18,927 nt of DNA from Methanothrix sp. (GCA_037128175.1 JBAXWY010000052.1:1-18927); one strand, 5' to 3'. Counted from the stretch's first letter, positions 8,499 through 18,252 are shown. Made by a program: numbers and translations. The notes: generated from the sequence alone by a model not told the origin.

Positions 8499-9371
8499 AT
8501 GATGGACATACTTCAAGCCCAGATAGGCGGAGAATTCGCCAGTACTCTGATCAATAATATCTGGTTTCTCTTATTCATATTTCTCTTTCTGGTTCCCATG
8601 GTGCAGAGGTACTACTTGCAGACGGCAAGAAAGAGCGTTCTGGCAAAGCTGGGCAAGGCACGGGGCACGCAGGTCATAACCCTCATCCATCGCCAGGAGA
8701 CCATCAGCTTTCTTGGCATCCCTTTGGCCCGCTACATTGATATTGATGACAGCGAGCGGGTTTTAAGGGCCATTCGCGCGGCGCAAAAGGATGTGCCCAT
8801 CGACATCATCCTGCATACTCCAGGGGGGCTGGCTCTGGCAGCCACGCAAATTGCCATGGCGCTAAAGGCCCATCCCGCCAAAAAGACGGTAATTGTGCCT
8901 CACTACGCCATGAGCGGCGGAACTCTCATCGCTTTTGCCGCCGACAAAATAATCATGGACCCGCACGCGGCCCTGGGGCCCGTGGACCCGCAACTGGGAG
9001 ATATGCAGGGCAGCTACCCAGCGACATCGCTCCTGGCGGTCGTCGGCAAGAAGAAGATCGATGAGATAGATGACAGGACTCTTATCTTCGCCGAAGAGGC
9101 GCGAAAAGCCATGAATCAGATGAGAAATCTCTTGAAAAAAATCATGGAGGGGAAGTGCGACGGCGAAAAGATGGAGGGCATCATCGAGGAGTTCGTCTCG
9201 GGAAAATATACTCACGACCATCCCTTTATGGCCGAGCAGGCCCAATCACTCCTGGGCGAATGCGTACAGACTGATGTCCCGGAAGAGGTCTATGCCCTGA
9301 TGGACCTATACCGCATGGAAGCGGGAAGGAGCCGCCCGGGCGTCGAGTATGTGCCATTAATGAAGCATTAA
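8499..9371 (+). CDS. SDH-family ClpP-fold serine protease (PF01972-like) with an N-terminal TM helix
   Basis: Motifs LIHRQE, LHTPGG, YAMSGGT (catalytic Ser), LGPVDPQ and YTHDHP. Confidence 0.92.
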   Translation: MMDILQAQIGGEFASTLINNIWFLLFIFLFLVPMVQRYYLQTARKSVLAKLGKARGTQVITLIHRQETISFLGIPLARYIDIDDSERVLRAIRAAQKDVPIDIILHTPGGLALAATQIAMALKAHPAKKTVIVPHYAMSGGTLIAFAADKIIMDPHAALGPVDPQLGDMQGSYPATSLLAVVGKKKIDEIDDRTLIFAEEARKAMNQMRNLLKKIMEGKCDGEKMEGIIEEFVSGKYTHDHPFMAEQAQSLLGECVQTDVPEEVYALMDLYRMEAGRSRPGVEYVPLMKH

Positions 9372-9556
9372 TTCGCGATGATATTTGCCGACTGGGACAT
9401 GATATCTACATCGGCCAGCCGCCCTTCTACTTCCATGGAATCCCCGAATATGCCTTCCATAAGCACCTTGCCATTGTGGGCCATGAGCCTGACTACGCCT
9501 TCCATTGCCCTTTCGCGAGAGTTGCCTTTCAAAAGGTAAACCGTAAGTTCGCACAT
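9368..9556 (-). CDS. CooT-family nickel-binding protein
   Basis: 62 aa starting MCELTVYL (Cys2), with a GIFGD motif and an AGGAGG SD at 9561-9566. Confidence 0.82.
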   Translation of the reverse strand: MCELTVYLLKGNSRERAMEGVVRLMAHNGKVLMEGIFGDSMEVEGRLADVDIMSQSANIIAN

Positions 9557-9588
9557 AAATCCTCCTAAAATAATAATAGTAATAATAA

Positions 9589-9665
<77 letters not shown>

Positions 9666-9676
9666 GCAAATGGATT

Positions 9677-10039
9677 TTAGCCGCCCTTGGGCGGCATTTG
9701 ACCTAATGACATTTTAAGCTGCTCTTGAAGCTGAGTGAACCGGCCCTGAATGCGCTCTTCCTGATTGGCCATGTTCTTTTTCCGGATTTCATTCATATCC
9801 TTTCTCTCTTTCAGCTCATCAATCAGCTTTAGCTTATCAGCTTTAAAGAGAAGTTCCCCGACGCCCTTGTATATAACTGCATCGTCTGCGCTCTTCTCCA
9901 GTTCTTTCAACGCCGCTTCAGTCTCCCTGATCAGACCTTCGATCTGGCCCTTCTGAGCCATGACAGCCTGAGCTTGCTGCTGGAGCTGCTGGAGCTGAGC
10001 CAACTGATTTTGTATCTGCGGAGGCAATTCGCCACTCAT
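9677..10039 (-). CDS. pfdB: Prefoldin subunit beta
   Basis: ELPPQIQNQLAQLQQLQQQ start, IYKGVGELL hairpin, coiled coils; canonical position in the superoperon. Confidence 0.96.
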   Translation of the reverse strand: MSGELPPQIQNQLAQLQQLQQQAQAVMAQKGQIEGLIRETEAALKELEKSADDAVIYKGVGELLFKADKLKLIDELKERKDMNEIRKKNMANQEERIQGRFTQLQEQLKMSLGQMPPKGG

Positions 10040-10263
10040 AAACTCACCATCTCAAATGCGATCTTAACCAACCTGATCCAGGTATTTAAAGCTGCCCGGA
10101 GAGAGACTGTATCCTCGCCCCGGATCTCCAATCGAATAGAACCGTCTTCCAGGCCCAGTAATACATTAGACCTATGCAGCTCATCCCCAAGTTCGGGCAG
10201 AAGTGCCTGATAGATCACTCCGGCATGAGGGCTATCAAACACGAACTGTGCACAACCCTTCAT
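10036..10263 (-). CDS. pcc1: KEOPS complex subunit Pcc1
   Basis: IYQALLPE and D..SLRAALNTWIRLV motifs; lies between the Brix gene and pfdB. Confidence 0.92.
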   Translation of the reverse strand: MKGCAQFVFDSPHAGVIYQALLPELGDELHRSNVLLGLEDGSIRLEIRGEDTVSLRAALNTWIRLVKIAFEMVSL

Positions 10264-10673
10264 ACTTTCAGCCTGAATTTGGCCAGACCTTCATCTATGA
10301 AATCGATATTACCAGGTGCAACCCAGATTATGCGCCCCTGAGCCGGAACGGCCTCACAAAGCCACTCCAGCTCAAAGAACTGTGCAATTGATTGAGCAAC
10401 CATGCCTTTGCCGGCAACCTTCGGCACGCTCATCTTGAGCCGTCTTGCTTCCGTTTCTCCTGAGAGCCGGAAGCTCAATTGCTCCTCTTTTTCCGAGGAG
10501 CGCTTGACCAGACCTGCCGGATTACCGTGGTCCTCTATCACCACCAGCCAGGTTTCGTCCTCTCCAGTCTTTTGCTTTCCCCGATTCACATAAGGCAGAG
10601 ACAGGAACGAGGCCATGGCTCTAGCAAACCTTCTCGCCTTGCTGGAAGGATCGCGCGAGGTGGTGACGATCAT
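10260..10673 (-). CDS. Brix-domain ribosome biogenesis protein (short archaeal form)
   Basis: [10 protein letters not shown]...YVNRGK...GNP motifs; follows rpoP. Confidence 0.88.
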   Translation of the reverse strand: MIVTTSRDPSSKARRFARAMASFLSLPYVNRGKQKTGEDETWLVVIEDHGNPAGLVKRSSEKEEQLSFRLSGETEARRLKMSVPKVAGKGMVAQSIAQFFELEWLCEAVPAQGRIIWVAPGNIDFIDEGLAKFRLKV

Positions 10674-10810
10674 CAGACGGCTTGCATCTTCTTGACCGTG
10701 GTGGGCCGCTCCTTCATCAGGATCCTATGCCCACAATACGGACAGCGTATGCCGCTGTACTCGTAATCAACCTCCACAGTCTTCTTGCATCTGGTGCACT
10801 TATAAGCCAT
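10673..10810 (-). CDS. rpoP: DNA-directed RNA polymerase subunit P (Rpo12), 45 aa, absent from the ORF track
   Basis: Hand translation [45 protein letters not shown] is a zinc ribbon. Its stop overlaps the Brix start (TGATG). Confidence 0.96.
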   Translation of the reverse strand: MAYKCTRCKKTVEVDYEYSGIRCPYCGHRILMKERPTTVKKMQAV

Positions 10811-10813
10811 CTT

Positions 10814-11095
10814 CTAAGCCGCCTCAAGGGTCTTCTTGAGAGACCTTATCACTGAACGGCCCAGAGACGTCTCCGGCAGGAAAGAGCCGCCAGCGAAGGT
10901 GTAGCCGCATTTGCTGCAGCTCCAGATAGCTGTACTTGTCCTTCTTACTCTATTCCTATTGCACGAAGGGCAGTCATACGAAGCCTTGCTCTTCTCTTCC
11001 GAATCTGCCACTTGCTTTCGTGATTTGCGGCCGTACCTGGGACCAAACCGGGCTGCGGACCTGCTCTTCCTTCCTTTTTTAGTCTGATTTACCAT
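10814..11095 (-). CDS. rpl37ae: 50S ribosomal protein L37Ae (eL43)
   Basis: RFGPRYG, CPSC and IWSCSKCGYTFAGG motifs. Confidence 0.97.
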   Translation of the reverse strand: MVNQTKKGRKSRSAARFGPRYGRKSRKQVADSEEKSKASYDCPSCNRNRVRRTSTAIWSCSKCGYTFAGGSFLPETSLGRSVIRSLKKTLEAA

Positions 11096-11110
11096 GATCG
11101 TAACTTCCGT

Positions 11111-11893
11111 TTATGCTTCCAGAAACTTTTCCCGGATTTCTTTCGCTTTCTCACATGCTATATCAATGATGCGGTAGACCTGCTCAGGTTTAAGCATTCC
11201 CGTGCCGCTCTTCTGTGAGCCGCAGATATTGCCGTTCATCGTAGATATAATTGTGAGACGGGTGTTGGCGATAGCCTCTTCATCCACACCGGGATCAAAC
11301 ATCAAGACGTCATTGAACTCAATGGCCGTCGTAGCTATGGGAATATCTCTTATGGGCAAGATGTAGTCCTCGCCCAGACCATACCGAGCTGCAGGCACCT
11401 TAGTGGACATTAGCGCGGCGATAGCGCCCAGCGACGCAGCATCGAGGATATTTCCGCAGTCATCCAGGATATGCACATCTATGAATATGATCCAGACCTG
11501 CTTGCCTGGTACAATGCAAAGCGCCTCCAGATCCACAGCCTTGGATTCGCGCACGCCGCGATCCACGAGACGCGCCAGCTCAATTCCCACCTCATTGGGC
11601 GGACCCGGCTCAAAGGAAGGTGAGGCAAGCGGCACCAGCTCGGCATTGGTGATGATGACACCCTTATTGGGCGTATCCTGGAAAGGTTCTCCGGGCTGCA
11701 TCTTCACGCCCACCAGCACCTGGCTGGAGCCCAGTTTCACCAGGGCACTGCCTTCCGCCTTGCGGATCACATCTCTCTGGATGGAGATCTCCCGGTACTG
11801 ATCAAAAGTACGGCCATCGATTCTCTCCCCTTTAAGCAGCAGGTTGTAAATAAAGTCCTTTTTTATCTCGGAGATGACGTTAGTCACAGACAT
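11111..11893 (-). CDS. rrp42: Exosome complex component Rrp42
   Basis: [34 protein letters not shown] and QKSG motifs. Confidence 0.97.
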   Translation of the reverse strand: MSVTNVISEIKKDFIYNLLLKGERIDGRTFDQYREISIQRDVIRKAEGSALVKLGSSQVLVGVKMQPGEPFQDTPNKGVIITNAELVPLASPSFEPGPPNEVGIELARLVDRGVRESKAVDLEALCIVPGKQVWIIFIDVHILDDCGNILDAASLGAIAALMSTKVPAARYGLGEDYILPIRDIPIATTAIEFNDVLMFDPGVDEEAIANTRLTIISTMNGNICGSQKSGTGMLKPEQVYRIIDIACEKAKEIREKFLEA

Positions 11894-12632
11894 GCACCTC
11901 CTCTCGCCCGGGCAGTTCTACCATCTGGCTGTATTTCTTCACCAGGGCATCTCTTTGCAGCTCGTAGATGTCTCTAGCACCATTCATGGCCATCTCCACG
12001 GCTCTCTGAAACTCGTCCGGAGTGAGGCCGCCGTCCATCTGCAACAAGGTGATGTCCCCGTTGGGAGTCATGGCAATGGGCAGGTCTGCCTGGCCGAAGT
12101 TGTCTTCCTCTTTCATGGGATCAAGAATTATGGTATCTGCCACTTTTCCCGCAGCACAGGACGATATCATGCTCTTCATGGGTATCCCTGCATCAGCTAG
12201 AGCCACTGCCGCTGCATTTATACCGGCAGTCCTGGTTCCCGCATCGGCTTGAAGCACCTCTACAAAGACGTCTATGACCGATCGGGGGAAGAAACTGGTC
12301 AGTATGACAGGCTCCAGTGCCTCCCGGCTGACCTTGGAAAGCTCTTGAGACCTTCTGTCCGGCCCCGGTCGTTTTCGGTCCTCAACGGAGAAGGAGGCCA
12401 TATTGTACCGGTAGCGCACAATAGCCCGGGTTGCTTCCTGCAAGTGTCTGGGATGTACCTCCCTGGGCCCGTATACTGCCGCAATGACCTTATTTCCACC
12501 CATCTCGATGTAGCATGAGCCGTCTGCTCTGGCCAGGACTCCCACCTCGATTTTCACAGGTCGGAGCTGATCTGCCCTTCGGCCATCCAGGCGCAGTCCA
12601 TCTTTGAAAAATGATATATCAGTCTCATCCAT
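11880..12632 (-). CDS. rrp41: Exosome complex exonuclease Rrp41
   Basis: [21 protein letters not shown] and QADAGTR motifs. ATG at 12632 is preferred over TTG at 12641. Confidence 0.97.
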   Translation of the reverse strand: MDETDISFFKDGLRLDGRRADQLRPVKIEVGVLARADGSCYIEMGGNKVIAAVYGPREVHPRHLQEATRAIVRYRYNMASFSVEDRKRPGPDRRSQELSKVSREALEPVILTSFFPRSVIDVFVEVLQADAGTRTAGINAAAVALADAGIPMKSMISSCAAGKVADTIILDPMKEEDNFGQADLPIAMTPNGDITLLQMDGGLTPDEFQRAVEMAMNGARDIYELQRDALVKKYSQMVELPGREEVHVCD

Positions 12633-12637
12633 AGCGA

Positions 12638-13303
12638 TCAACTTCTGGCCCCTTTCTCCGTCTTTAGGAAGTCCACAATCCGGTCCGTGAGACCATTAGT
12701 ATGGGCTTCCCTCTCAATCAGAGTTATGGTCTTCAGAGCCAGATCCATATCCTCTGTCCCCCCGTGGATCCAGATTCTGCCGTTCTGGCCAACGAAGATG
12801 TTACAGTTTACCTCTTTCTTCAGCATGCTGATCATGGAGCCGCCCTTGCCGATGAGCCTGGGAACTCTTGTATGGCTTATCTCGATGACCTGGCCGGCCT
12901 TGATCAGGCCGAGCTTTTTGTCGTTCAAAGTAAGCTCCACCTTCATAGTGGGATCTACTTCCGTCACCCGAGTCATGATAGAGCTGCCAATGTGCAAATG
13001 CTTGGACATCTCTTCCGATTCGATCCTTTTTGGGAACTCAGAGATGTGCAGCAGCCCATCGTAGGGCGAGTTTATATCCACGATCCAATTGGAGAAGGTT
13101 ATATCCTTCACCACGCCTATGACGTTGTCCCCCGGTACGGGTACATACTTTCCCGCCAGGGGTATGACATTTATCTTATCCCTAAAGTTCGCAAGACCAT
13201 ATAGCAAGGAGTAGACGCTTCCATTCTTTACATACGTCCCCTCGCCCGCCCTCTTGGCATCCTCAGAGAGAAGATCACCTGGTACTACCACCTTGCGATC
13301 CAT
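12638..13303 (-). CDS. rrp4: Exosome RNA-binding cap protein Rrp4
   Basis: VVPGDLL, S1 domain, and KH domain [12 protein letters not shown]...VGQNGRIW. Confidence 0.97.
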   Translation of the reverse strand: MDRKVVVPGDLLSEDAKRAGEGTYVKNGSVYSLLYGLANFRDKINVIPLAGKYVPVPGDNVIGVVKDITFSNWIVDINSPYDGLLHISEFPKRIESEEMSKHLHIGSSIMTRVTEVDPTMKVELTLNDKKLGLIKAGQVIEISHTRVPRLIGKGGSMISMLKKEVNCNIFVGQNGRIWIHGGTEDMDLALKTITLIEREAHTNGLTDRIVDFLKTEKGARS

Positions 13304-13322
13304 GCGCTTTTAACTCCCATCC

Positions 13323-14021
13323 TCAATGCTTAAGAAGCTTCGTCTCAGCTTCGCCTTTGGTCAGCCGGTTAATGAGGGCGTAGAATTCTGTCTGCATGCC
13401 CGCCGGTATCTCGACCACGCCAATCCAAGAGCCATCGTTCTGCCATGCCTCACGACTGAGCTTGCCGTAGGCTGCAACCTCGCCGTACGCCTTGGGAGCA
13501 TACGCGGAAGGGATTTTAACCGCCACCTCCACCAACTCGAATCTTATGGGGATGAGGGGCCGGATGGCCTTCATGGCGATCTTGACCAGCTCATCGATGG
13601 ATTTCGTGGGGTCGATATTGACGCGAGCCTCGGTCATGGCCTGCTCGATTCTTCCAGGCGGATGAGGTGTTTTGGTCTGGGGATTGATAGCATTTCTGGC
13701 TATGACCTCGATGACCTGGCGACGTTTATTCTCGATGAACTGCTTTCTCTGCTCAGCCGTCAGGCTGATATCGCCCTTTTTGATGATGATCTCGGCAATG
13801 GGCAGGACTTCCAACGTGCCGAAGGCCTTTTGCAGATCTTCTTCCGGGCTTCTGTCTCCGCGGGAGGCATTTTCAAAGACATCCTCTACAGCCAGGATAT
13901 CTTCCAGGTTGACGCGGTCTCCTCTCTTCAGGGCCAGGGCTCCATCGGGATCCACTAAAACCTCAAAGGTGGTTCCGTGGGTCTTGAGTCTGGCAGGAAC
14001 TGCGTCATCCAGTCTGACCAT
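13323..14021 (-). CDS. Ribosome maturation factor SBDS/Sdo1
   Basis: FEVLVDP, INPQTKTPHPPGRIE and WQNDGSW motifs; canonical position between psmA and rrp4. Confidence 0.96.
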   Translation of the reverse strand: MVRLDDAVPARLKTHGTTFEVLVDPDGALALKRGDRVNLEDILAVEDVFENASRGDRSPEEDLQKAFGTLEVLPIAEIIIKKGDISLTAEQRKQFIENKRRQVIEVIARNAINPQTKTPHPPGRIEQAMTEARVNIDPTKSIDELVKIAMKAIRPLIPIRFELVEVAVKIPSAYAPKAYGEVAAYGKLSREAWQNDGSWIGVVEIPAGMQTEFYALINRLTKGEAETKLLKH

Positions 14022-14023
14022 TC

Positions 14024-14791
14024 CTATGCCTCTCCTTTTTCTCCCTTCTCAACTTTGCCGGCGGCGACGGCTGCCTTCATACGTTCAACATAAGTGGCGA
14101 CTTCATTCTCCGTCAACTTGTAAAACTTCTTGTCGCCCAGTTTGATGATGCCAATCTCTGTTGTGGCCGCTTCTACCTTGCCTTCCGCAGCCTTGTAGAG
14201 CGCCTCCAGGCCCAAGAGCACGGCCTCATCCATGGTCAGGTCTTCTCTATACTTCTCCTCGAAGACCTCCATCACTGATGATCTGCCGGCTCCAATGCCC
14301 GTTGCCTTGTATTCCAATAAAGCGCCGGACGGGTCGGTCTCAAAGAGGCGAGTTCTATCCTCCTCTGCGCCAATGATAAGCAGCGCCGTTCCAAAGGGCC
14401 GGACTCCGCCGTACTGAGTATATTGCTGCTTGAAGTCGCAGATCTTCTTGGCCAGGGCCTCTACACCAATGGGCTCGTCGTAGACCAGCCGGTTTATCTG
14501 GCTCTCTACCCTGGATCTGTCGATCAGGACTCTGGCATCTGCTACCAGGCCAGAAGTGGCGGCACCGATGTGCGTGTCTATCTGAAAGATCTTCTCAATG
14601 GACTTGGGCTCCATGAGCCGGCTGGTGATTCTCTTGTCTACCAGTACAGCCACGCCGTCTTTTGACTTGATGCCCACAGCCGTCGTTCCTCTCCGCACGG
14701 CCTCGCGGGCATATTCAACTTGAAATAATCTGCCGTCAGGGCTGAATACGGTAATAGCCCTGTCATAACCCATCTGCGGTGCCATCTGCAT
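14024..14791 (-). CDS. psmA: Proteasome subunit alpha
   Basis: [21 protein letters not shown] and GGVRPFG motifs. Start set at ATG 14791, downstream of GGAGG. Confidence 0.97.
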   Translation of the reverse strand: MQMAPQMGYDRAITVFSPDGRLFQVEYAREAVRRGTTAVGIKSKDGVAVLVDKRITSRLMEPKSIEKIFQIDTHIGAATSGLVADARVLIDRSRVESQINRLVYDEPIGVEALAKKICDFKQQYTQYGGVRPFGTALLIIGAEEDRTRLFETDPSGALLEYKATGIGAGRSSVMEVFEEKYREDLTMDEAVLLGLEALYKAAEGKVEAATTEIGIIKLGDKKFYKLTENEVATYVERMKAAVAAGKVEKGEKGEA

Positions 14792-15302
14792 CCTCGTGTC
14801 CTCCACTTAAATCAAAAGAGGTCAGCCCCAAATATTGGGTGTCTGATCCTATGCACTTATTGCGATCGTCCGGACATAGATCGACTTTTACACCATGGGT
14901 GCGGATAATACACCCGGAAACGTCTTTCAGTTCGATTCTTCTTCCGTCGCTTTCAGCACATATTTTACTCAGTCTTGGTAAATACTTTTCTGTAGCGGAT
15001 TTGATTGTTCCCGAGACGCCTTTTGTATGGAGAGCGACTCGAATCCCGTGAATGGAATGAACCGTGGCCAATGTTGCCCGTGTCTCCTGAACACTGATAT
15101 GGGAAAAACGGATCAGGCCATAGCGGCCATTGAACGCTATCATTTTGAGATGGTTTTTCGCTGCTCCCGCGTCGCCGAAAAGGGAAAACTGAGATGAGTT
15201 AATCTCGCTCATCAGATCTTTAGGCGAAATTTCGCCTTCCGACACAAGCTCGAAGATCATGTACCGTCTTCTGCCCCGCAGCACGGGAAGTCTGCTTCTC
15301 AT
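14763..15302 (-). CDS. rnp2: RNase P protein component 2 (Pop5/Rpp14) with a C-terminal extension
   Basis: LRGRRRY and GVSGTIK motifs. ATG at 15302 overlaps the rnp3 stop (ATGA). Confidence 0.92.
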   Translation of the reverse strand: MRSRLPVLRGRRRYMIFELVSEGEISPKDLMSEINSSQFSLFGDAGAAKNHLKMIAFNGRYGLIRFSHISVQETRATLATVHSIHGIRVALHTKGVSGTIKSATEKYLPRLSKICAESDGRRIELKDVSGCIIRTHGVKVDLCPDDRNKCIGSDTQYLGLTSFDLSGGHEDADGTADGL

Positions 15303-15976
15303 AGGAGCTCTACTCCCGGGCCTACCCATTTTCTGCGATTGAGTGCCAGCAGTATTCCCGACCGAGAGAGCGCTTCCTTTGCCTCATCCTGCTCAAAGCC
15401 CGCCACCTCTGCCATAGCGACCAGGTCACGGGGAGAATGCAGGTCAAGGTGAGAATTCGCGCTCGCGGTGATAACCGGGTGTAGCTCGAACTTTCTCACA
15501 AGCTGCAGATTGCGGCGAACAGCTTGCAGCCAGCGAGAACGCGAGGCACCCCGCAGGTGCACCAGGCCACTCAGGTCAAAACCGATGGAGACCTGATTTA
15601 GCTTGGCGGCTCGGGCTGTGGCGATGCCTAGAGGACGCCGTACGTCGCAGGGATGCATGAGAAGGTCCACATTAGGATCTTCAGAGGCCGCCCGGATTGT
15701 CTCATCCGATCCGGCCCGAACCACGATAAATGGATATCTGGAACGCAGGGCTGAGATGCGGCTTTTCAGCGCCTTGCTGCCAGGCGCCGTCACCTCTACA
15801 CCGACGGCCACTTCGATCCCCTTGATCATCTCGGCTGCCTGGGGCATGAAGATCCTGCCCGGCTCAGAGTTGCAGATGATTATGCCCTGATAGCCCAGTC
15901 CCTTGGCAGTCAGAGCCATGCGGCTGGCAGAGGCTGAACCTTCTGGAAAGGCGTTCAAGCATTCGAAAAAACTCAT
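15299..15976 (-). CDS. rnp3: RNase P protein component 3 (Rpp30)
   Basis: LGYQG, VDLLMHP and SHLDLHSPRDL motifs; canonical position. Confidence 0.93.
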   Translation of the reverse strand: MSFFECLNAFPEGSASASRMALTAKGLGYQGIIICNSEPGRIFMPQAAEMIKGIEVAVGVEVTAPGSKALKSRISALRSRYPFIVVRAGSDETIRAASEDPNVDLLMHPCDVRRPLGIATARAAKLNQVSIGFDLSGLVHLRGASRSRWLQAVRRNLQLVRKFELHPVITASANSHLDLHSPRDLVAMAEVAGFEQDEAKEALSRSGILLALNRRKWVGPGVELL

Positions 15977-16389
15977 ATGAGCTCGCTGATGATCTTCAAG
16001 GCCGACTCGCGCCGGGCGGGATAGGTCTTGACGAGAACTGTTGTGTCCAGAGCATCCTTGGAGTCGGTCAGGCGCAGCAGGCCTTTGTAGGCGGACTGTT
16101 TGTCCAGGCGCAGGTGGAAGTGGCTTTCGCCCTCCAACCGGTCCGGGATCTCCCGGCGAAGCCTCTGCAGGTCTTCCGTAGGAAGCTGCTCGCGAAGAAT
16201 TTGAAAGAAGGCGGCAGCCTCACGCTTTCGCAGCTCCGCCTCCAGTATTTTTATCTCGTTCCCGAAATGGCCTTCAGCAGTAACTCCTGTTATCCGATCC
16301 AGAGGAACGAAGACGGCGAGCGCCTCGCGCACGCGGCCCTCATCTTCCGTTGCTGCCACAAAGGCCCGGAAAGAGACCTTGTCAATCAC
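15973..16389 (-). CDS. Predicted RNA-binding protein of the exosome superoperon (PF01877/COG1325-like)
   Basis: ATEDEGRV, EGHFGNEI and LRLDKQ motifs. The GTG start abuts the rpl15e stop. Confidence 0.88.
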   Translation of the reverse strand: MIDKVSFRAFVAATEDEGRVREALAVFVPLDRITGVTAEGHFGNEIKILEAELRKREAAAFFQILREQLPTEDLQRLRREIPDRLEGESHFHLRLDKQSAYKGLLRLTDSKDALDTTVLVKTYPARRESALKIISELI

Positions 16390-16977
16390 TTACTTTCCTT
16401 TTCCGTCGTGAGCTCTGATGCTCGGGCGAGTCTTCTCGGTGCCGAAGCCCTTGTGCCTCTGGCCTCTGCCCTTGCGACCGGCTGAGGTTTTGCCGCGCAC
16501 AGCCCTACCGCGATGAACATCATTGCAGACCCAGTTAAGGTTCTTGTCGTTCATAATGGATGGAGCGCACGGGTCCACCAAAATGACCTCGTAGAACTTC
16601 TGCTTGCCGTCCTCGGCCACCCAGTAAGAGTTTAGAACTTCCATGTTGCGAAACCGCCTTCCTGCTCTTTCCTCGGCGATTCTCTGAATGGACTTGCCCA
16701 TGCTGATGGCGTTCACGCCCATCTTGCTGGTCTTTCGGTTCCTCTCGTAACGGGACTTGCGCCGTCCACCGCGTCTTACCTTGACACGTGCCATGACAAT
16801 GCCCTGCTTGGCCTTGTAGCCGAGCGCCCGCGCCCTGTCCAGGCGGGTGGGCTTATCTATCCTCTGCACGGTGCTTTCCTGGCGCCAGGCCTTGAGCCTG
16901 TCCTGCCGCAGTGCGCCAACGTATCCCTCTCTAGGAGAGGACCAAGCATCACTGATATAACTGTAAAAAGACTTCAT
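16390..16977 (-). CDS. rpl15e: 50S ribosomal protein L15e (eL15)
   Basis: [25 protein letters not shown] and [12 protein letters not shown] motifs. Confidence 0.98.
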   Translation of the reverse strand: MKSFYSYISDAWSSPREGYVGALRQDRLKAWRQESTVQRIDKPTRLDRARALGYKAKQGIVMARVKVRRGGRRKSRYERNRKTSKMGVNAISMGKSIQRIAEERAGRRFRNMEVLNSYWVAEDGKQKFYEVILVDPCAPSIMNDKNLNWVCNDVHRGRAVRGKTSAGRKGRGQRHKGFGTEKTRPSIRAHDGKGK

Positions 16978-16992
16978 TTCTTTTCACCCATA

Positions 16993-17023
16993 CCGGTTCG
17001 ACCCAAAACGGGTCACATTCCGG
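16993..17023 (-). ncRNA. Structured 5' leader of rpl15e, probably the eL15-Euryarchaeota r-leader
   Basis: Minus strand CCGG-AAUGU-GACCC-GUUUU-GGGUC-GAA-CCGG forms two stems with an internal loop, directly upstream of the GGGUGA SD. The family call is from position and recall, not from a covariance search. Confidence 0.6.
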
Positions 17024-17049
17024 AACTAAAGGAGGGAAGAGGTGATAGG

Positions 17050-17063
17050 AGATAAAGGTTTGG
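17050..17063 (-). promoter_or_regulatory. Putative BRE/TATA of the rpl15e superoperon
   Basis: Minus strand CCAAAC CTTTATCT. The predicted start near 17027 lies just upstream of the leader hairpin. Confidence 0.45.
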
Positions 17064-17088
17064 GAGATTGTCGAGGACAATATTGATT

Positions 17089-17622
17089 CTAGCCTTTTCT
17101 CGCCAGCTCCCCGGCGAACTTGAGATAATTGCAGGCGGGGCTGCCTACAGGAATAATATTGCCCTTCACATTGCCGTCTTCGATCACCAGCCCGGCAACA
17201 GAAGGCGCCGACATTCTGGGAAGCGTGGTGCTGCCCGGGCAGATGAGCAGCAGCTTGCCCTTCTCGATGAGAGGTCGATGGATATGTCCGAAGACCAAAA
17301 CCTGCACATCCATCTCCCTGGCCATCATCTCCGCCCCCACCAGGTCTGAGCCGTGCGAGGCCATGTGCACCAGGCCGATTCTGACCCCCTCTACCTCGAT
17401 CACCTTTCTCTCCGGCAGGAGCCGCTTCAGCTCGACGCAGTCGGAGTTTCCATGCACAGCCTCCAGCGCTGGCCCCAGGGCAGCAAGGGCGGCGTGGCAC
17501 TTCAGAGAGACGAAATCTCCGGCGTGAAGGATGATATCGGCACTCTTGGCAAGCGCGGCTACAGCAGGAGGGAGCAACTCGTTCTCCAGGTGAGTATCGG
17601 ATAAAGCGATTATTCGGGTCAT
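17089..17622 (-). CDS. Metallophosphoesterase, YfcE/MJ0936/Vps29 family
   Basis: SDTH, HAGD, VHGNSD, VH, FGHIH and CPGS motifs. Confidence 0.93.
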   Translation of the reverse strand: MTRIIALSDTHLENELLPPAVAALAKSADIILHAGDFVSLKCHAALAALGPALEAVHGNSDCVELKRLLPERKVIEVEGVRIGLVHMASHGSDLVGAEMMAREMDVQVLVFGHIHRPLIEKGKLLLICPGSTTLPRMSAPSVAGLVIEDGNVKGNIIPVGSPACNYLKFAGELARKG

Positions 17623-17789
17623 CTTTACATCCTGATTCTAGCGAAGCTGCTGCATCATATTTAGCATAGCGGTTAGAATGTGTGAATAGACTCCACCCCC
17701 GGAAAGACGGCCGCACGCAAGCCTGCCCGAACTGACGAGCGGCGCAGCCAGGCCCGCACGACCCGGCCCACTCGGAGACGAGCCAAGAC

Positions 17790-18101
17790 CAGCGTCATCT
17801 CTGCGCACGAGCGACAGGCTGCCGGGCACTATTTCCGGTCGCCCGCAAGGATCGCCAAGCTGAAGACTGCATCGAAATCAGCTAAAACGTCTTACGATTA
17901 TTAACCGCAGAGTTCGCAGAGCCGTTCAATCTGCTTATTTTTCAACACTTTGAAAAAAAGCGCACTGGTTCTGAGCAATAGTCGTCTCCGTCCGTTCGTC
18001 CTCCGTGTGCTCTGCGCCTCTGCGGTTATATTCATAGTTGTTAGGTCATAATAATCCGCTAATAGTAGCAGCCAATAGTCGCGTTCCAAAATCCCGCGCC
18101 C
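17790..18101. repeat. Non-coding direct repeat, copy 1 (blocks A and B, with an internal inverted-repeat element)
   Basis: Hand alignment: 17790-17866 vs 18654-18731 gives 65/78 identical, and 17997-18101 vs 18768-18871 gives 87/105. Weaker similarity extends back to about 17705 and 18594. Confidence 0.88.
17902..18028. repeat. 127-bp imperfect palindromic (REP/MITE-like) element
   Basis: Arms TAACCGCAGAGTTCGCAGAGC and GCTCTGCGCCTCTGCGGTTA. Inner hairpin GCTT-A-TTTTTCAA-CACT-TTGAAAAA-AAGC at 17933-17961. Confidence 0.75.
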
Positions 18102-18252
18102 AGAAAATCGCCCTGCCAAGCTCACAGGCGGCTGCCCACGCAGGCACAAGCGCCCCCGACCGAGCGCACGCATGCGCATGGCCTGGCGGCCCGGCAACTG
18201 TTCAGTCATCAAGCATCTTTGACGGCTCCGATATGCTTCAAAAGGCAATGGC

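Noticed and set aside
8379-8516. 46-aa N-terminal extension of ORF 7725-8516
   Set aside because: It covers the divergent promoter and overlaps the protease start. The SD and signal peptide point to ATG 8378.
9765-17604. Plus-strand and alternative-frame ORFs over the superoperon (e.g. 13326-13958, 16949-17716)
   Set aside because: They overlap well-recognised conserved genes and have no family motifs.
17899-18046. Canonical integron attC site
   Set aside because: The ends TATTAAC and GTTATAT deviate from RYYYAAC/GTTRRRY, the spacer is fully paired rather than unpaired, and no intI is present. Only the resemblance is noted in findings.
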